Shown here piece after piece: positions 1 through 8,637 of a stretch of 32,000 bases of DNA (position 1 is its first letter; each line of letters starts with the position of its first letter). The stretch covers positions 30,001-62,000 of the forward strand of contig CAVRAI010000004.1 of NCBI GenBank assembly GCA_963718915.1, written 5' to 3'. The translations under genes and the position numbers were made by a program. Source of the stretch: an uncultured Chloroflexia bacterium (lineage in GTDB: Bacteria > Chloroflexota > Ktedonobacteria > Ktedonobacterales > JADMIN01). The notes beneath the pieces are model-generated. The model was not told the DNA's origin, did no database searches, and saw nothing but the letters and a program-made list of their open reading frames with translations.

Positions 1-1005
1 AGGTCGCGCAACTGGGTCTGCTGGGCATGCACCTGGAGGGCTACGGCTGCGCCGGGATGAGTGCTGTCAGCTATGGGCTGGCCTGCCAGGAGCTTGAGGC
101 AGGTGATAGCGGCCTGCGCTCATTTGTCTCGGTGCAGGGGTCGCTGGTAATGTACCCGATTCATGCGTTCGGCTCGGAGGAGCAGACGTCAGAAGTATCT
201 GCCGAAGATGGCGAAAGGCGAGCTGATTGGCTGTTTTGGCCTGACCGAGCCGGACTTTGGCAGCAATCCCTCAGGAATGCGCACCACCGCGCGCAAGGAC
301 GGCGACTCGTATATCCTCAACGGCGCCAAGATGTGGATCACCAACGGTGGCTTCGCTGATCTGGCCGTTGTCTGGGCCAAACTGGATGGCGAGATTCGCG
401 GTTTCATCGTCGAGAAAGGCACGCCTGGATTCACCACCAGCGATATTCATCACAAGCTGTCACTGCGTGCCAGCGTTACCTCTGAGCTGCACTTCGAGGA
501 GTGCCGCATTCCCGCGGAGAATATGCTGCCTGGCGTCAAGGGATTGCGCGGCCCGCTCTCCTGTCTGGATGAGGCGCGCTTCGGCATCGCCTGGGGAGTG
601 AATGGCGCGGCGCGCGCCTGCTTCGAGGCGGCGGTGGAGTACGCAAAAACACGCGAGGCGTTCGACCGCCCCATTGGCGGCTTCCAGCTTATCCAGGCGA
701 AGCTGGCCGCGATGGCGACGGAACTCATCAAGGCGCAGTTGTTGGCACTGCAGCTGGGGCGGCTCAAGGATCAGGGACAGGTCCATCCCGTGCAGGTCTC
801 CATCGCCAAGCGTAACAACTGCCGCGAAGCGCTCAAGACGGCGCGTGAGGCGCGCGGTGTGCTCGGCGCGAGCGGCATCACGCTGGAGTATCCGGTCAGC
901 CGCCACATGAACAACCTCGAATCGGTCTTCACCTATGAAGGCACCGACGAAATCCACACGCTCATCATCGGCCAGGCGATCACCGGGCTGAGCGCCTTCA
1001 ACTAA
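1..1005 (+). pseudogene. gcdH: Glutaryl-CoA dehydrogenase-type acyl-CoA dehydrogenase. The 5' end lies outside the window. The frame is broken by an apparent 1-nt insertion near 186.
   Basis: The frame of 3..185 reads [20 protein letters not shown]...[15 protein letters not shown]. The frame of 187..1005 continues [31 protein letters not shown]...KMWITNG...TYEGTDEIHTLIIGQAITGLSAFN with a TAA stop. Joined, this is a contiguous GCDH/ACAD sequence, and the shift is visible at base ~186. Confidence 0.8.
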
Positions 1006-1022
1006 GCGAATCGTCACACGAC

Positions 1023-1063
1023 GGCCCTCCTTCCCATAATGGAAGCGAGGGCTGTTTTGTGTG
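1023..1063 (+). terminator. Rho-independent terminator after the dehydrogenase gene (copy 1 of a duplicated hairpin)
   Basis: GCCCTCCTTCC (1024-1034) pairs with GGAAGCGAGGGC (1041-1052): 11 bp, one bulge, loop CATAAT, followed by TGTTTTGTGTG. Confidence 0.7.
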
Positions 1064-1116
1064 TCTGTATACGTGATGTTCGGCTAGCTCAACATCTTAC
1101 TTATGGCATGCAATGC

Positions 1117-1146
1117 TTGACGACGACAAGCGGGCCATGATATACT
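1117..1146 (+). promoter_or_regulatory. Sigma-70-like promoter upstream of the DUF4258 gene
   Basis: TTGACG (1117-1122), 18-nt spacer, TATACT (1141-1146). Confidence 0.4.
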
Positions 1147-1225
1147 GATAGCTCCGTCACTGCCAGGTGGTCGGGAGTTCCATTTACAACTGAATACCGT
1201 CTCGGCTGTGTCGGAATGAGCGCGG

Positions 1226-1573
1226 TTGTCTCATAGCAGAGAGGTGGTTATCACTATTCGCTCAAAACCCTCCCCTACGAAAGCCGCTCTTTATGACCTC
1301 TCGCAGCATGCGCAACAACGCATCGCGCGGCGCAACCTCAGTGTTGAGGATCTGGAGTATGTTCTCCAACATGGCCATAGACTGCGTGTGACAGGCGTCC
1401 GAATCTATCACCTCCGCAGGCGAGATGTCCCTTACGCTGATCAACGCATCAGCCGGGTATCTCAACTGGAGGGGACGACGATCCTGGTCAGCCACGACAA
1501 CACCGTCATCACCGCGTATCGTAATCGCGCATGCCTCCACAGAGAGCTGCAGAAAACGAAGTGGCGGCGGTAG
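1226..1573 (+). CDS. DUF4258-family small protein (toxin-like), orphan
   Basis: LSQHAQQRIARRNLSVEDLEYVLQHG...TILVSHDNTVITAYRN matches the DUF4258 pattern H-A-x2-R-x3-R-x-[IL], ending in ..viTayr. The start is uncertain: TTG at 1226 or GTG at 1245. Confidence 0.6.
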   Translation: MSHSREVVITIRSKPSPTKAALYDLSQHAQQRIARRNLSVEDLEYVLQHGHRLRVTGVRIYHLRRRDVPYADQRISRVSQLEGTTILVSHDNTVITAYRNRACLHRELQKTKWRR

Positions 1574-1599
1574 TCCAAACACTGAAATGGAGCACATGT

Positions 1600-1645
1600 G
1601 GCCCTCCTTCCCAAATGTGGAAGCGAGGGCTATTTTTCTTGTTTG
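1600..1645 (+). terminator. Rho-independent terminator (copy 2 of the duplicated hairpin)
   Basis: The same arms, GCCCTCCTTCC (1601-1611) and GGAAGCGAGGGC (1619-1630), with loop CAAATGT and T-tract TATTTTTCTTGTTT. Confidence 0.7.
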
Positions 1646-1650
1646 TCGCG

Positions 1651-2310
1651 CTAGCCCAGGCCAGCCTCGCGTCCACGGATGATGGCCTGGGCGCGGTCGG
1701 CCACCTGGAGCTTGCTAAAGATATTGGACACGTGGTTGCGCACGGTTTTGGGGCTGAGCACCAGGCGGCTGGCAATATCGCTGTTGTTGGCGCCTTGCGC
1801 GATAAGATCGAGTATCTCGCGCTCGCGGTCGCTCAACTCCGGAAATGTCTGTGCTGGGATGGCGGGCCTGGGTGTGGCGAAAAAGTTCATGAGCCGCATA
1901 GCGATTGCCGGGCTGAAGATCGCTTCGCCGCTGCCCACCGCGCGGATCGCCCGCAGCATATCGCTGGCGTTGGCTCCCTTGACAATGTAGCCTCGCGCAC
2001 CCGCGCGCATCGCTGTGAAGACCGAATAATCATCATCGAACATCGTGACGATAAGCACGCGGATGTGGGGGCTGGCGAAGAGTATCTGTCGGGTGGCTTC
2101 GATGCCACCGATTCCTGGCATCTGAAGGTCCATGAGCACCACGTCTGGTTGCAATGCGGCCGCCTCGGCGATAGCCTCTTCCCCCGTCGCGGCCTCGCCC
2201 GCAATCTCGAAGTCGGGGACCGAGGCCAGCAGCGCTCGTATGCCATCGCGGAAGATCGGATGATCGTCGGCGATGAGGACGCGCAGGGAGTCCTCGTGTT
2301 GTCTATCCAC
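1651..2310 (-). CDS. Two-component response regulator, NarL/LuxR family
   Basis: REC domain (RVLIADDHP...DVVLMDLQMPG) plus a LuxR HTH (LSDREREILDLIAQGANNSDIASRLVLSPKTVRNHVSNIFSKL). GTG start lies 6 nt after GAAGGAG and 3 nt after the kinase stop. Confidence 0.9.
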   Translation of the reverse strand: MDRQHEDSLRVLIADDHPIFRDGIRALLASVPDFEIAGEAATGEEAIAEAAALQPDVVLMDLQMPGIGGIEATRQILFASPHIRVLIVTMFDDDYSVFTAMRAGARGYIVKGANASDMLRAIRAVGSGEAIFSPAIAMRLMNFFATPRPAIPAQTFPELSDREREILDLIAQGANNSDIASRLVLSPKTVRNHVSNIFSKLQVADRAQAIIRGREAGLG

Positions 2311-2313
2311 CGG

Positions 2314-4593
2314 TTACTCCTTCGCAAGTGGTAGCACTGTTACAATGCGCGTGCCACGACCTGGGTCTGATATGATGGCGCACGTCCCGCCAAGCTCCTC
2401 CGCACGCTCGCGCATCGAGACCAGGCCAACGCCTACCTGCCGCTCGTTTGCCAGTCCAACGCCATCGTCGGATATCTCCATACGTAGCGCGTTATCCAGT
2501 GCAAGAGTGATATGACATGTGTGCGCCTCCGCGTGCCGGACGATGTTGGCCAATGCCTCACACGCGATACGATAGGCGGCCACCTCCACCGCAGCGGGCA
2601 AGGGCTGGAAGTTGGTCGGCGCATCAATCGTAACGATGAGGCGCGTCGCTGGCCTGTCGCCGTCCGCGCTGCTCACCGGCATCTGGTACTGCGCGGCCTG
2701 GGCGCGTAACGCCGCCACCAGACCAAGCTCATCCAGCGCGGGCGGGCGTAGCGCGTAGACTAATCGACGAATGTCGGCCATGGCCGACTCGATCTCCCGC
2801 CCGAGTTCGCCAAGTAGTTGCGCGGCAACGGGGGGATCGCTGGTCAACATATTGCGAATGGCGCCGACCTTCAGCGTCATCCCCGCAAGCGTAGGACCGA
2901 TGCCGTCGTGCAGGTCGCGTCGAAGGCGACGGCGTTCCTCCTCGCGCGCCGTGACCAGCCTGGCGCGTGACTGTTGCAGATCAGCGGTCAGGCGTGTGGC
3001 ATGCACCGCGATACCTGCCTGATGGGCGATATCTTCCAGCAGGTGCTTGTCAGCCTCGGTGAACAGCTCGTCGGGCGCGCGCGGCGAGACACGCAGTTGT
3101 CCAACGGTTTCGCTCTGATAGACCAGCGGGAAGACGACAGGAACACCGATGGGCATACCATACTCGACGCTCGACGTGAACTGATCGCCTTTTTTGATGG
3201 CTATAGCGGCTGAAGGAAGCTTGAGCGCTTGAGCCACCGTCTCGACAATCGTTGGCAACACCGCCTCTGGCGCAAGCGTCGTCTCCAGCCGCCGCCCCAG
3301 ACGCGAGAGAACGGCATAGGGATTGTCGCGCTCGCCAAACATTATGCGATCAACGAGACGCTGGAGCCAGAACCGCAGGGGCTGAAATAGCACGGCGACC
3401 ACACCAGCCGCCACGAGCGAGATGAGCAAGTTGCCCTGCGCATGAAAGAGCATACCAAGCAGGCCGACGATCAGGATGTAGATGCCAGCGATGAGACCGC
3501 TGAGGCCGCCATAGACCAGCGTGCGGTTGAGAAGTGTGTCGATGTCGAAGAGATGATCGTGGAGAATGGCGATAGCTATCGCCACTGGCAATGGCAGGAC
3601 GAGCAATCCCAATGCGTTGGTACTTATTAATGGATGACCCAGGACAACCCCTGGGAGTTCCCAGAAGAGCAGCCCGGCGAGGCCGCTGACCAGACCACCA
3701 AAGACTACCCAGCGGATTTTTCTGCGTGATTCCGCGTCTCGGTTGCTCCGGTAGCTCCAGATAATCGCGGTGGTGATGGCGGCTACCAGCACGATCACGA
3801 GAATGTTCTCGGCCGCATTCGCCTGCCCAATCCACAAGAGCACCTTCGATGTCGTGAGGTACGTGGCCGACAAGTAGAATGCGTCGAGGATAAAGGGTGT
3901 CAGGTAGAGCGCCCAAATCCACCAGTGGCGCTGCTTCAGGAACGCAAAACGTCTTGGGTATATCAGGATGAAGTGCAATGATGCGATGTAAAAGAGAAGA
4001 AAGTCGACAGATGTCGTTGCCTTATAGAGCCAGAATCCGATCCCGCCAACCAGGTCGCTGAGTTGCATGCCAAATGTCCACGTCGTCGCGCCGAGAATGC
4101 CCGCCGCCGCAATGAGCAGCGCTAGCGCGGCTGGCTCTCCGGGTCGGCGCAGCACGATGTACAGGGCGATCAATACGAATACTAGCGCGAAGATGATGGT
4201 GCTCCAACCCTCCCGCCAGACACCATCGAGCGGGTAGGAAGCAAGGGTAACGGGGACATCCATGGTGACGCCACTTCGCTCGACGGTATAAGTGACTACC
4301 TGCCCGAATCGCCAATCCGGTCGGCTGGCTGAAGGATTGACGAGCGCATATGCCCAGGATTCCAGACTTTTGCCATCAATCGCTGTGACGATGTCGCCAG
4401 AGCGCAGCCCTCCTGGCTGAGCGCGCAGAACGGTCACGGCGACCCCGTTCGAGTGCCAGGGGCGCTGATTTGGGTCGACACGAGCGCCATCGGAAGGCGA
4501 GGCGATATGCAGCCAGACAAAGGCCACTCCCAATGCTACCATGGCAGCGGCGGCAAGCAAGACGATAACGCGGGCGCGGTCTGGCTGGCGCAT
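2314..4593 (-). CDS. Sensor histidine kinase (HisKA_3/HATPase_c) with an N-terminal PDZ-like extracytoplasmic segment, a polytopic membrane region and a GAF-like domain
   Basis: H-box RRRLRRDLHDGIGPTL. ATPase boxes EALANIVRHA, DDGVGL and GVGLVSMRERAEELGG. PDZ-like LRSGDIVTAIDGKSL. About 10 hydrophobic helices. ATG at 4593 is preceded by GGGAGGAG, so the track start at 4674 is probably too far upstream. Confidence 0.85.
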   Translation of the reverse strand: MRQPDRARVIVLLAAAAMVALGVAFVWLHIASPSDGARVDPNQRPWHSNGVAVTVLRAQPGGLRSGDIVTAIDGKSLESWAYALVNPSASRPDWRFGQVVTYTVERSGVTMDVPVTLASYPLDGVWREGWSTIIFALVFVLIALYIVLRRPGEPAALALLIAAAGILGATTWTFGMQLSDLVGGIGFWLYKATTSVDFLLFYIASLHFILIYPRRFAFLKQRHWWIWALYLTPFILDAFYLSATYLTTSKVLLWIGQANAAENILVIVLVAAITTAIIWSYRSNRDAESRRKIRWVVFGGLVSGLAGLLFWELPGVVLGHPLISTNALGLLVLPLPVAIAIAILHDHLFDIDTLLNRTLVYGGLSGLIAGIYILIVGLLGMLFHAQGNLLISLVAAGVVAVLFQPLRFWLQRLVDRIMFGERDNPYAVLSRLGRRLETTLAPEAVLPTIVETVAQALKLPSAAIAIKKGDQFTSSVEYGMPIGVPVVFPLVYQSETVGQLRVSPRAPDELFTEADKHLLEDIAHQAGIAVHATRLTADLQQSRARLVTAREEERRRLRRDLHDGIGPTLAGMTLKVGAIRNMLTSDPPVAAQLLGELGREIESAMADIRRLVYALRPPALDELGLVAALRAQAAQYQMPVSSADGDRPATRLIVTIDAPTNFQPLPAAVEVAAYRIACEALANIVRHAEAHTCHITLALDNALRMEISDDGVGLANERQVGVGLVSMRERAEELGGTCAIISDPGRGTRIVTVLPLAKE

Positions 4594-4791
4594 GGTCTCC
4601 TCCCTTCCCACGATGCGACGGCGGAAAGTCGGGTGGGAAGACAGGCGTGATCTACGGCATGTCAAGTCTCCCAATTATAGCCCGTTCTGAAATGTGGCGT
4701 GTAGGCATCGCCCGCGCTGGGTAGGATTGCCGATGCACAGCTTATTGCGCGGACTAGCATGCCGGCGCGCCACCATCCGCTCGGACATGCG

Positions 4792-4827
4792 CCTATGACG
4801 CCTATGACGCCTATGACGCCTATGACG
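4792..4827. repeat. Perfect 9-bp tandem repeat (CCTATGACG) x4
   Basis: Read directly: four contiguous copies at 4792-4800, 4801-4809, 4810-4818 and 4819-4827. The repeat overlaps the TAG stop (4820-4822) of the membrane-protein gene. Confidence 0.95.
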
Positions 4828-5470
4828 GCAGCAGCAAGACGATGCCGAAGACAAGGGGTATCAGGTGATGCATTATCGGTAAAGCGTCGCGCGTGATCGC
4901 GAGGATGACCAGCCCCGCCACGCTGTAGATGATGGCTGCCCAGCCCAGCCAGTGCGGCAGCAGATTCGTCGCGAGGATCGCCCCGCCAAAAGCCAAAATC
5001 CCGCCAAAGGCGAGGATGGTGAAGATCACAAACATGGCCCAGGTCCATGTGCTGAGCGCAGTGTAGACATCTGGGACGGCGCCTTTCGCCCCCAGTTCTT
5101 TCCCAGCCCAGGGATGAACCGTAAGGCGCTCCGTCAGATGGATGACCCATAGTACTGCGCCGACCGCGAACGCCAGTAGTCCCACAACTGAGAATCCGGG
5201 GTCGCCAGCAGCTTGTAACAGTCCCGCGAGCAGGCCAAGCCCGAACAGCGTCACCAGTATCGCGCCGATGAATGAGATGGTCGCCCAGAACCACGGACGC
5301 GGATGCTCATGGACAAGCCGTAGCCACTCGTGCGGCGGCTGCCCAAAGATGATCGGCCCATGCTTATCTTTCACGACCATGTAGAGCGCAATGCCTGGGA
5401 TGAAGACGATAGGCAGCACCAGTACGATACCTGTCACATGAAGGGGCGTCCACATAGTGTAGTCGTTCAT
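4820..5470 (-). CDS. Polytopic membrane protein, function unknown
   Basis: Long ORF with at least 6 hydrophobic helices. The likely start is MNDYTMW at 5470. Its C-terminal LLPHWLGWAAIIYSVAGLV segment resembles the two downstream membrane paralogs. Confidence 0.6.
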   Translation of the reverse strand: MNDYTMWTPLHVTGIVLVLPIVFIPGIALYMVVKDKHGPIIFGQPPHEWLRLVHEHPRPWFWATISFIGAILVTLFGLGLLAGLLQAAGDPGFSVVGLLAFAVGAVLWVIHLTERLTVHPWAGKELGAKGAVPDVYTALSTWTWAMFVIFTILAFGGILAFGGAILATNLLPHWLGWAAIIYSVAGLVILAITRDALPIMHHLIPLVFGIVLLLPS

Positions 5471-5566
5471 AAAGGTGCCTTTCTGAAGCCGCCGAGGCAA
5501 TAGCGATGACGAAGCCTGGCTCAGTGTCCGCGATGAATAAGCGCGGAGACCAGAATGCCTGTCATC

Positions 5567-5962
5567 CTACCGCACGACCACCGTCAGATTCATCGCGGGA
5601 TGGATGCTGCACGTGAGCTTGTAGGTTCCGGGAGTAGCGAATGTCACCTCTTTGGCAGGATCGCCGGGGTTCATGGTAAAGCCATCGCCCGTAAGCGTCT
5701 GCGGGCCTTTTGCCGCCGTATCGCATGTGCCGTTTGCGCCCAGGCAGATGGTGTGCGGCCCGCCGATTCCCACTGGGTCGGTGAACTGCACGGCCTGTCC
5801 CGCTTTGATGGTTACGCTGGTGGTGCTAAAATCCCCCGCGGCCATACTTACCTCATTAGCGGCGGTCGAGCTTTGGCCACATGCGGCAAGCCCCAGCATC
5901 AGGACTAGCATGAGGAGCAAGGGCGCAAGCGAGATGAGCGAGGATGTGGTATGGAGTCTCAT
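5567..5962 (-). CDS. Cupredoxin (amicyanin/plastocyanin-like blue copper) lipoprotein
   Basis: Signal peptide with lipobox LGLAAC. Type-1 Cu ligand motif C-S-I-H-P-A-M near the C-terminus, plus an upstream His (GGPHT). RBS AAAGGAAA. Confidence 0.75.
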   Translation of the reverse strand: MRLHTTSSLISLAPLLLMLVLMLGLAACGQSSTAANEVSMAAGDFSTTSVTIKAGQAVQFTDPVGIGGPHTICLGANGTCDTAAKGPQTLTGDGFTMNPGDPAKEVTFATPGTYKLTCSIHPAMNLTVVVR

Positions 5963-6014
5963 AGCGTCGTTTCCTTTCAGATGCGCGTCTGTTCAGTGTG
6001 GGCGGCGCGGGAGG

Positions 6015-6653
6015 CTAGCGCTTGCGGACCAGCAGCCAGATGCCCAGCCAGAGCGCCCAGATGATAGAGAGAGCCTCGCCAAGATAGCCTCCAAGCATGC
6101 GGAGGTTTTCCAGCGTTGAAACAGCGCTTCCCAGACTGCTCGCGCTCAGTTCAACCCACATTACGACTGCGCTCAACAACATGCCCAGCCCGGCCAACAT
6201 GCCCAGCGCCGCGAGGACGCGATTGAAGAGCCGGAGACGGAGTGCGAGCGCGTTAGACATCAGCAGCCACAGACCAATCACTCCCAGAGCCGATGTCGTG
6301 AGAATCTGCGCCTGCACCGCTGGAAGCCAGCGTGGCAACAGGAGGAGCGCGACGACGGCGGCGACAAGCATGCCAACGATGCCAACAATTTGCGCGACAC
6401 GCGAGAGCGTTGCGCTAGACCCCGTATCGCGCGCAACGACACCGCTATGAATCCAGAGGGCAATAGGAATCATGCCAAGAAAGAGGACAAGGGAAGCGCC
6501 GAGAAGCAACAGACCCAGTGACGAGGGCAAGTACGGCGCCTCGCCAACGATAGCCAATGCCACTCCGCTCGCGATGGCAGACCAGCCGACGCCGCGTCTG
6601 CGCTGAGATTGCCCCACCGTCGTGGGTCGCGCTGTCTGTGCCAGGCTGTCCAT
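6015..6653 (-). CDS. Polytopic membrane protein, paralog of 6703..7437
   Basis: Six or more TM helices. GVIGLWLLMSNALALRLRLFNRVLAALGMLAG aligns with VLIGVWLVVANRLGRASGALSRRLTLLGMFTG of the neighbouring gene. RBS AAAGGAG. Confidence 0.65.
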   Translation of the reverse strand: MDSLAQTARPTTVGQSQRRRGVGWSAIASGVALAIVGEAPYLPSSLGLLLLGASLVLFLGMIPIALWIHSGVVARDTGSSATLSRVAQIVGIVGMLVAAVVALLLLPRWLPAVQAQILTTSALGVIGLWLLMSNALALRLRLFNRVLAALGMLAGLGMLLSAVVMWVELSASSLGSAVSTLENLRMLGGYLGEALSIIWALWLGIWLLVRKR

Positions 6654-6702
6654 AGGAAAGCTCCTTTCGCTGAAACCGTCGGGGGTAGCGCGAATGGATC
6701 CG

Positions 6703-7437
6703 CTATCCCCCGTAGCTCACTTGCTTGTCGCGCCGCGCCAAATTGACCTTGTCACTGGCGAGGAGGCGGCGACCGATGCCAATGAGCCAGATTGGTACAC
6801 CGATGAGGTAGGCGAGTAAGGCCGGAGTGAACACAACGATGATCGCCACGATGAGCACTGGATTGCGCAGGAGAGATGTTCCGAGATGCGCTATGGCCGT
6901 TGGATTGATCGCGTTGGCCAACGTAGTCAGGAGCGTCAGGCCACCCAGCGCCGCGAACATTGCCCCTGTGAACATACCCAGCAGCGTCAGTCGCCGCGAA
7001 AGCGCGCCGCTCGCCCGCCCCAGGCGGTTCGCAACGACCAACCATACGCCGATAAGTACCATGCCGACCAGGACAATAGGCAAGTTCACGGTGAAGTCAA
7101 TGATGTGCGTTACCAGAAGGAACTGTGCGAGCGCTGCTGTGAGAAGCCCAGTGATACCGAGAATCTCTGCTACCCGACTCAGCCGCTGGTTGCGGGCGGG
7201 CGCAAGCTGGTGGAGCGCAACAGCCAGGGGGAGCATGGTGAGAAACTGGAACAGGCCAGCATAGTCGCTGAGTGGGCCAAAGAACTGCTGAGAGTCACTG
7301 CCCGTCGCAATCGTTTGGGGAGCCTCCAGCCCATAGAACAGGAGCAGCGCTATGGCTCCGATGATCGAAAGGCCCGCGCAGATGTACGCTGACCACCCGG
7401 CGTACCGCAGGCCGTGTGTTGCGTTGATGGCGACCAT
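6703..7437 (-). CDS. Polytopic membrane protein, paralog of 6015..6653
   Basis: Hydrophobic multi-TM ORF. ATG at 7437 is preceded by GGAGAGGATGG. Confidence 0.65.
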   Translation of the reverse strand: MVAINATHGLRYAGWSAYICAGLSIIGAIALLLFYGLEAPQTIATGSDSQQFFGPLSDYAGLFQFLTMLPLAVALHQLAPARNQRLSRVAEILGITGLLTAALAQFLLVTHIIDFTVNLPIVLVGMVLIGVWLVVANRLGRASGALSRRLTLLGMFTGAMFAALGGLTLLTTLANAINPTAIAHLGTSLLRNPVLIVAIIVVFTPALLAYLIGVPIWLIGIGRRLLASDKVNLARRDKQVSYGG

Positions 7438-7494
7438 TGCTCTTCCATCCTCTCCGTTCACGCCCGCAACTGTGTGCTGGCGGCGCAATGCCGC

Positions 7495-8499
7495 CTACAG
7501 TTTCAGGAGCGCCATGCCATACACTGCTGGGAACTGGAATGCGAGTTGTCGCCACGTGTCGCCGTAATCTGGACTATGCCAGACCTCGCCATTCCGCAAT
7601 CCGGCATAGACGTGGCCAGATACCGCAGGATCGGTCAACAGCGCGTAGGGCATGGCATTCAATGGCTGCGGCAGTCCACCGGATAGTCGCTGCCAGTCCG
7701 CGCCTCCGGTTGAGCGGAAGATGGCGGCCTGGGCGTTGGCCGCGCTATGCGCCTTCATGGGGCCAGGTGATAGCGACGCATACCAGACCTCAGGATGGTC
7801 GCGATCCGCGGCCACGGCCCAGCCATAGTGCCGGTCGAGTCCCGCGCGTGGCTGTGTCCACGTTGCGCCTGCATCGCGGCTGACCGCCACTCCCGCGCCC
7901 GTTCCGCCGCCTTCATAGACCCAGTCTTTGTGGAATGGGTGGTATGCCAGCGAGTGGCAGTCGCGTAGCGCGCCACGCCGATGTCCGCTCCATGTCTTCC
8001 CGCCGTCCGCGCTCCGCACCACCGCGCCAAATTCGATTCCCGCGATGACGACGTGCGGGTCGTATGGCGAGAGGGCAAGCGCCTGCACATAGGCGGAGAA
8101 AGGCTTCTCTGCTGGTGAGAACCAGAGCCAGCGCGAGCGAATGCGGCGGAAGCTTGTGAGTTCTTCCCAGTGCGCGCCGCCATCACGCGAGACATAGATG
8201 CGTGCGGGTTTCGTCCCCGCGTAGACCGTCCCTGGCGCGGCGTGACTGACGGCAAGCGACTTGACGATGCTCCCATCCAGCCCCGACGGCAGCCACGTCT
8301 GACCTCCATCGTCCGAGCGCAGCACGCCAGCCCCCTGGACGCCAGCATAGACGATGTTGGGGTGCGCGGGGTCAGCCGTGAGGCAGCGAACATCCTGGTG
8401 GGCGAGACTCACCTCGACCGTCCATGCTCCGTCCATCTGTTGCGTCATGGCCCGGGCGACACCGTGGTCGGTCATCGCGAGCAAGACCATCTGGGGCAT
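7495..8499 (-). CDS. BNR/Asp-box repeat beta-propeller protein (sialidase/Ycf48-like fold), no signal peptide seen
   Basis: Five Asp-box motifs: SDDGGQTW, SRDGGAHW, SADGGKTW, SRDAGATW, SPDYGDTW. RBS AGGAG 8 nt upstream. Confidence 0.8.
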   Translation of the reverse strand: MPQMVLLAMTDHGVARAMTQQMDGAWTVEVSLAHQDVRCLTADPAHPNIVYAGVQGAGVLRSDDGGQTWLPSGLDGSIVKSLAVSHAAPGTVYAGTKPARIYVSRDGGAHWEELTSFRRIRSRWLWFSPAEKPFSAYVQALALSPYDPHVVIAGIEFGAVVRSADGGKTWSGHRRGALRDCHSLAYHPFHKDWVYEGGGTGAGVAVSRDAGATWTQPRAGLDRHYGWAVAADRDHPEVWYASLSPGPMKAHSAANAQAAIFRSTGGADWQRLSGGLPQPLNAMPYALLTDPAVSGHVYAGLRNGEVWHSPDYGDTWRQLAFQFPAVYGMALLKL

Positions 8500-8614
8500 A
8501 GGGTTAGCTCCTGTGGATTTGCGTCCAGAGCATAGGTGGACGCATGTAATCGCTGTCTGACGTCAAGCCTACCCGTCTCTATGTCCTGTTGTCATGGGGC
8601 AGCTGTCCCGAGGT

Positions 8615-8637
8615 TTGTCCCGACTATACCGGGACAA
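8615..8637. promoter_or_regulatory. Perfect 8-7-8 inverted repeat, candidate operator in the divergent BNR/recQ intergenic region
   Basis: TTGTCCCG (8615-8622), ACTATAC, CGGGACAA (8630-8637). An extra direct half-site TGTCCCG lies at 8604-8610. Confidence 0.35.

Noticed and set aside
1531-2334. 267-aa plus-strand ORF covering the response-regulator locus
   Set aside because: It is antisense to a gene with clear REC and LuxR-HTH motifs. Its translation is Arg/Ala/Gly-rich with no recognisable motifs, which is a typical high-GC shadow ORF.
4660-4679. Perfect TTGACA and TATAAT hexamers on the minus strand upstream of the sensor kinase
   Set aside because: They are in the wrong order: TATAAT at 4679-4674 lies upstream of TTGACA at 4665-4660. 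They cannot form one promoter, and neither has a good partner hexamer at 16-18 nt.
4662-5294. 210-aa minus-strand ORF containing GVIGVIGVIG
   Set aside because: The repeat peptide is just the 9-bp DNA tandem repeat read in another frame. The ORF overlaps out of frame with a better membrane-protein ORF.
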